Shown piece after piece: positions 60,007-64,000 of a DNA stretch of 64,000 nt. Both the position numbers and the translations under genes were made by a program. Source of the DNA: Gorillibacterium sp. sgz500922. GTDB lineage: Bacteria; Bacillota; Bacilli; Paenibacillales; NBRC-103111. Under the pieces are notes generated by a model, which saw nothing but the letters and a program-made list of their open reading frames with translations, was not told the origin of the DNA and did not search any database. The DNA lies in contig NZ_JBPPGI010000006.1 in assembly GCF_051594785.1 (NCBI RefSeq), positions 90,827 to 154,826 on the forward strand. Direction: 5' to 3'. Every line of letters begins with the position of its first letter. Position 1 is the stretch's first letter.

Positions 60007-60345
60007 TCAGCCGCCGATTTCGTCCTCGTCCTCTTTTTCCTGCCGCTGCATCTGGTACAACCGGACGAAATCCTCCTTGCGCATTCCATCCTGAATGGCG
60101 GTGTAAATCAGCGTTTTCCATTCCTCATCCAGCGGATCGGCGCCCAGGTACTCTTCCCCGAGCAAAAATTCCAAATGGGTATCCAGCGATTCGGCCAGCT
60201 TGGAGAGCATGAGCAGGGACGGGTTGTTTTGCAGCTTGCGCTCGATATGGCTGAGGTAGGACTTGGAGATATCGGCCATCTCGGCGAGCTCGGTGATGGT
60301 CAGCCCCTTCTGCTCCCGCAGGTATTTAATTCGATCTCCGATCAT
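60007..60345 (-). CDS. XRE-family transcriptional regulator resembling SinR (HTH plus C-terminal multimerisation helix)
   Basis: MIGDRIKYLREQKGLTITELAEMADISKSYLSHIERKLQNNPS aligns by eye with the B. subtilis SinR N-terminus. RBS AAGGAGAAAG. The start lies 20 nt inside the 3' end of the ABC exporter gene. Confidence 0.7.
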   Translation of the reverse strand: MIGDRIKYLREQKGLTITELAEMADISKSYLSHIERKLQNNPSLLMLSKLAESLDTHLEFLLGEEYLGADPLDEEWKTLIYTAIQDGMRKEDFVRLYQMQRQEKEDEDEIGG

Positions 60346-62158
60346 AGCTTTCTCCTTCGTCGGATTGGATAAAATCGTTCCCTCTTTGCATCCCGAGCAG
60401 CCGGCGGAACATGCCCCGCCTCTCCCGGGCCAAGCTGGAATACTCGCCGCACTGCACGACCCGGCCCTGATCGAGGACCACCACTTGATCCGCGTCGCGG
60501 ATCGTGGTCAGCCGGTGGGCGATGACGATCAGCGTGATTCGGCCTCTCAGCCGGAACAGCGCATCCTGAATCTTGGCTTCGTTCTCGCCGTCGAGGGCGC
60601 TCGTCGCCTCGTCGAGCACGAGAACCGCAGGGTCCCGGAGGAGGGCTCTCGCGAGCACCAGCCGCTGGCGCTCGCCGCCGGACAGCCGCACCCCGCGGTC
60701 GCCCAGCACGGTGTCGAGCCCCATCGGCAGCCTGGCGACAAAGTCGGAGGCGGCGGCCAGCTCCAGAACCTCCCAGATCCGCTCGTCGCTTGCCTCCGGC
60801 TGAACGAGGAGCAGGTTGTCGCGGATGCTGGCGTTGAACAGGAACGGGTCCTGCGACACGTAGCTGACCGTCTGCCGGAAGCGGCGGATCGCAGCGCCCT
60901 CCAGCGGCGTCCCGTCCACCAGAATCCGCCCGTCCTCGGGCACGATGAGGCCCATGATGAGGTCGGCCAGCGTGCTCTTGCCGGCGCCCGAGCGTCCGAC
61001 GACCGCCGTCATCCGGTTGGCCGGAATCGTCAGGGTGATCCCCGCGAGGGCATAGGGGCCTTCGCCCCGCTCGTAGCGGTAATTCACGTCCTCGAGTTCG
61101 ATCGCCTCGGTAAGCCGCAGCGGTTCGCCTTCCAAGGCTCCGATCCGTTCCGCCGACAGCCGGCATTCCTCCTGCAGCCCGCGCAGGCTGCGGAACGCCG
61201 GTAGGCTTGCCGACAGCTGCTCCAGGTTCATCTGGATGTTCATGAACCGCGGCCACAGCCGGGAGAAGATCGCCACGACGATGATCAGCTGCCCTGCCGG
61301 CGTCTTCAGCCACGCCACGGAAGCGAAGAGGAAGAACGCGATAAGCCCGGTGGAAGCGAGCTTATAGACCATCTGAGAGTTGGAGCGCAGCTTAACGTAG
61401 CCGTCCTGCTCCTTCTGCAGCTTGCCGGACTCCTGCCGCATCCACTCGAGGCGCGAGCCTTCCAGCCGGTTGCTCTTAATGTCCTTAATGCCGTTGATCT
61501 GCTCGGTGATGCCGGCGAGGTAGCCCTGCGACATCTCCGTCGTCTGCTTGCCGAGCGCGAGCGCCTTGCCGAGCGAGCGCTTGGAGAGGAACGCGAGCGC
61601 GAGCCCGCAGACCACGACGAAGGCCGTGACCTGCCAGGACAGCCAGAGCGCAATCGCCACCTGAAGCGCCGTGAACAGCACGTTGGTTACAAGCGAGAGG
61701 AACAGGTTGATGCCCGCTCCGACCCGTGCCAGCTCGGCGGTCATCGTGTTGACCAGATCGGAGCGCCGCCGCTTCAGGAAGAAAGCCCAGTCGGCCATCA
61801 AGAGATCGCGGTAGACGGTGAAGCGCAGGTGATGCACGAACCCCTGATGGATGCGCGCGTTCTGAATCGTGAACCTTCGCTGAAGCAGGTTCTGGACCAA
61901 GGCCAGCATCACAAAAATTCCCAACACCGTCAGCAGGCCGGCCATCCCGGACAGGCCCTGAAGAAACGAGAACGCCTGGAACAGGGGATGGCTCGAAGCC
62001 GAATAGCTGATGATTCCGCTGATGCCCAGCATGGGAATTAATAGGATCAGACCGATGCCGTCCAGCAAGCTGATCGCGAGCATGCCGGCCATGTTGGCGT
62101 ACAGGACCGAACCGGAATAAGCCGCCAGTTGTTTGACATAATGCCGAATTTCCTTCAT
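60326..62158 (-). CDS. Lasso peptide ABC exporter (D protein; fused TMD-NBD, type I exporter)
   Basis: The start MKEIRHYVKQL follows GGGAGGAAG and overlaps the B2 stop (ATGA). Six TM helices, then Walker A GRSGAGKST, the signature LSGGERQR and Walker B. The 80 codons upstream in the track ORF are artefact. Confidence 0.8.
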   Translation of the reverse strand: MKEIRHYVKQLAAYSGSVLYANMAGMLAISLLDGIGLILLIPMLGISGIISYSASSHPLFQAFSFLQGLSGMAGLLTVLGIFVMLALVQNLLQRRFTIQNARIHQGFVHHLRFTVYRDLLMADWAFFLKRRRSDLVNTMTAELARVGAGINLFLSLVTNVLFTALQVAIALWLSWQVTAFVVVCGLALAFLSKRSLGKALALGKQTTEMSQGYLAGITEQINGIKDIKSNRLEGSRLEWMRQESGKLQKEQDGYVKLRSNSQMVYKLASTGLIAFFLFASVAWLKTPAGQLIIVVAIFSRLWPRFMNIQMNLEQLSASLPAFRSLRGLQEECRLSAERIGALEGEPLRLTEAIELEDVNYRYERGEGPYALAGITLTIPANRMTAVVGRSGAGKSTLADLIMGLIVPEDGRILVDGTPLEGAAIRRFRQTVSYVSQDPFLFNASIRDNLLLVQPEASDERIWEVLELAAASDFVARLPMGLDTVLGDRGVRLSGGERQRLVLARALLRDPAVLVLDEATSALDGENEAKIQDALFRLRGRITLIVIAHRLTTIRDADQVVVLDQGRVVQCGEYSSLARERRGMFRRLLGMQRGNDFIQSDEGESYDRRSN

Positions 62159-62691
62159 CGTGCTTCCTCCCGAAGCCTGCCGCGAACCGCCGGGTCCAGT
62201 CGGGACGGCTTGGCGAATTTGCCGACCGTGGTAAACCTTCTCATTTCCTCCGCGCCGGTGACGTACCGGTCGCCGCTGCGCAGCCAGGCATGCGCCGCCA
62301 GGCCGCCCGTTTCGTCCCGCCCGGTTCCCAGGTACAGCGTGCAGCCGATGCCCCGCCGCTCCAGCATCCTCAGGCCGGCCACGGCGCGGGTGAGGCACAT
62401 GCTGCTCCAGGGCGTATGCCGGCTGGCGGCCGCAATCGCGTCGGCGACCCGGCCGACGATGGCCCGCTCCGCCTCCGGCGCCCGCTCCGAGGGCGTCTCG
62501 CGCTCCCGCTCGCCGAGCGACGGAGCGAGGCGCGCGAACGGCCGGAGCAGCGCCAGCCGGGCCCGGCCGAGCTCGAAGAACGCCTCGGCGAGGAGCCGCC
62601 GGTTTCCGGCGGGCAGCGCGAGGAGCACCCGCGCCGGACGCAGCCGGCCTTTCAGCCTGCCGACGAGCCGTGTCCGCGGCGCCCCGCTCAT
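62155..62691 (-). CDS. Lasso peptide biosynthesis B2 protein (transglutaminase-like cysteine protease, leader peptidase)
   Basis: The start MSGAPRTRLVGRL overlaps the B1 stop (ATGA). N-terminal ...RRLLAEAFFELGRARLALLRPFARLA... The catalytic Cys (SMCLTRAVAG) ... His (AAHAWL) arrangement of PF13471. Confidence 0.75.
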   Translation of the reverse strand: MSGAPRTRLVGRLKGRLRPARVLLALPAGNRRLLAEAFFELGRARLALLRPFARLAPSLGERERETPSERAPEAERAIVGRVADAIAAASRHTPWSSMCLTRAVAGLRMLERRGIGCTLYLGTGRDETGGLAAHAWLRSGDRYVTGAEEMRRFTTVGKFAKPSRLDPAVRGRLREEAR

Positions 62692-62978
62692 ACGGCTTCG
62701 ATCAGGCCTTCGCGCAGGAGCAGCTCGATGAAGCCGCCGACCTGGCGCGAGCATTCCTCCGGCTCCACCTCGTACTCCTCGGTGAGGCGCTCAATCACAT
62801 CCTCGGTGCGGGCGGGCTCGGCGAAGCTGCGCCAGATTTCGCCGCCGATCTCGCCGAGGTTGTAGTAGTTGCCGTTCTGCACGCTCAGCATGACCGTCTC
62901 GCCGTCCATGTCGCTCACAATATTGCCCGGGGCCTGCCGCAGCAGGACGCGGGACAGGTCCTCCGTTCGGTTCGTCAT
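62688..62978 (-). CDS. Lasso peptide biosynthesis B1 protein (PqqD-like RiPP recognition element)
   Basis: MTNRTEDLSRVLLRQAPGNIVSDMDGETVMLSVQNGNYYNLGEIGGEIWRSF...EEYEVEPEECSRQVGGFIELLLREGLI is the PqqD/RRE pattern. RBS GAAAGGAGGAGAAGGG. The start overlaps the kinase stop. Confidence 0.75.
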   Translation of the reverse strand: MTNRTEDLSRVLLRQAPGNIVSDMDGETVMLSVQNGNYYNLGEIGGEIWRSFAEPARTEDVIERLTEEYEVEPEECSRQVGGFIELLLREGLIEAV

Positions 62979-63916
62979 CCCTTCTCCTCCTTTCGGGTTT
63001 CCGCCACGATGCGGTCGGCCAGCTCGTGCGCGGTGAAGCCTTCTTCCGGCCGAATCAGCCGGTAGAGAGGGACCGTCTCGGCCAGCCTTGCGGTGACTTG
63101 AAAATGCCAGTCCAGCCGGTTCATCCGGCGCAGGAACAGGTTGCGGTAGGTATGGTCGTACAGCAGGCGCATGCGGGCGAGGCCGCGCACCGGCTCCAGC
63201 CTCGGGGCCGCAACGGGGCCCTTCGTCAGCTCGAAGATTCCGCCGAGCGGCAGCTCGTGGGCCGCGAACTCGCACCCGACCGGCACGGCGTATTTCGTCT
63301 CCCGCTCGAACAGGGGCTTCAGCCCGGCATTCCCGCGCCCGAGGGCCTCGAGGCTCTCCTGCCACAGCTTCTGCTGCGGGTAGGACGGCGTCACCCGCGG
63401 CGGGTCCGCGCCATCGGTGTGCACCGGGATCACGTCGTCGCTCACCAACGGCAGGCCGCGGTCCATCAGCGCCCGGGCGAGCGTCGACTTGCCCATGCCC
63501 GATTCGCCCACGACGGCGTAAGCCTTACCGCCGATGGCGACGGCGCTTCCGTGTAGCGGCAGGATGCTCCGCTGCAACAAGATGGCGCCCATGCAGGTGC
63601 CGAGGATATATAAGCGAACCTTGTCCATATCGGCTGCGGGTACCGGGGAGACCCGGATGGTCCGGCCCTCCCGCACCTCGAACAAGGCGGTATCCGGAAT
63701 GTGGACGAGGAGGGTGTCCCCTTCCGCCTGGATCTTGCGGTCCGAGCGCTTCATGCGCTCCCACTCCTCCGCAAGCGGCTCCAGCCGGATCTCAATGTCC
63801 CCTCCTTCGCCGGCCCCCGGGATGACGGAGAGCTCCGGAAACGGCAGATCGCTTACGAGCCGAAAGCCGAAGGCCTCCGCCCTCCATTCGTTCTTCGTCA
63901 GTTGCAACGCCTTCAC
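62975..63916 (-). CDS. HPr kinase/phosphorylase-like protein (lasso precursor Ser-kinase type, as in paeninodin-class clusters)
   Basis: P-loop VVGESGMGKSTLARAL, as in HprK. GTG start; sits immediately upstream of B1 with an overlapping stop/start. Confidence 0.65.
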   Translation of the reverse strand: MKALQLTKNEWRAEAFGFRLVSDLPFPELSVIPGAGEGGDIEIRLEPLAEEWERMKRSDRKIQAEGDTLLVHIPDTALFEVREGRTIRVSPVPAADMDKVRLYILGTCMGAILLQRSILPLHGSAVAIGGKAYAVVGESGMGKSTLARALMDRGLPLVSDDVIPVHTDGADPPRVTPSYPQQKLWQESLEALGRGNAGLKPLFERETKYAVPVGCEFAAHELPLGGIFELTKGPVAAPRLEPVRGLARMRLLYDHTYRNLFLRRMNRLDWHFQVTARLAETVPLYRLIRPEEGFTAHELADRIVAETRKEEKG

Positions 63917-64000
63917 CTCAATCGGACAAGAATACGGATCAATGATAAGGAAAAGCCCTTATGCTTCATTTCGAAGGATAAGGGCTGCCAGCCGAAATGG

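Noticed and set aside
62875-63005. Apparent 1-nt frame discrepancies between my reading of the printed sequence and the ORF-track coordinates (near 62880 and 63000, and near 59204)
   Set aside because: Start and stop positions agree with the track on both sides, so these are most likely my transcription slips at line boundaries rather than real frameshifts. The track coordinates were used.
63917-64000. 18-aa ORF MKHKGFSLSLIRILVRLR upstream of the kinase, considered as a lasso precursor
   Set aside because: Too short, no RBS, no Thr-x leader motif, and it overlaps the kinase RBS region. The precursor is more likely encoded beyond the window edge, where an open minus-strand frame runs off at nt 64000.

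Overview
High-GC Firmicutes DNA, most likely Paenibacillus; genes are densely packed and mostly on the minus strand. Start codons were refined by codon counting from the ORF-track ends plus RBS inspection; my reading of the printed sequence may be off by 1 nt in places. The window holds five blocks. (1) 1-16.9 kb: an alpha-glucoside utilisation locus with two GH65 phosphorylases, beta-phosphoglucomutase, a YesM/YesN-type two-component system, a sugar ABC transporter and a membrane-anchored glycosidase with a discoidin domain, preceded by the 3' end of a GH74-CBM3 xyloglucanase gene. (2) 16.9-18.2 kb: a low-GC islet with a GNAT acetyltransferase and a hypothetical protein. (3) 18-34 kb: signalling and miscellaneous genes, including a PAS histidine kinase, an HD-GYP protein, a hybrid kinase, an S8 peptidase, a sugar-phosphate isomerase, a cupin and an SPFH/zinc-ribbon module. 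(4) 34.2-59.9 kb: a roughly 25-kb, 27-gene exopolysaccharide operon driven by a near-consensus sigma-A promoter that carries a SinR-type inverted repeat in its spacer. (5) 60.0-64.0 kb: directly upstream and co-directional, a SinR-like XRE regulator translationally coupled to a lasso-peptide cluster (HPr-kinase-like tailoring kinase, B1, B2, ABC exporter). The precursor and cyclase genes lie beyond the window edge. Most long ORFs in the track that run antisense to these genes are GC-driven artefacts.
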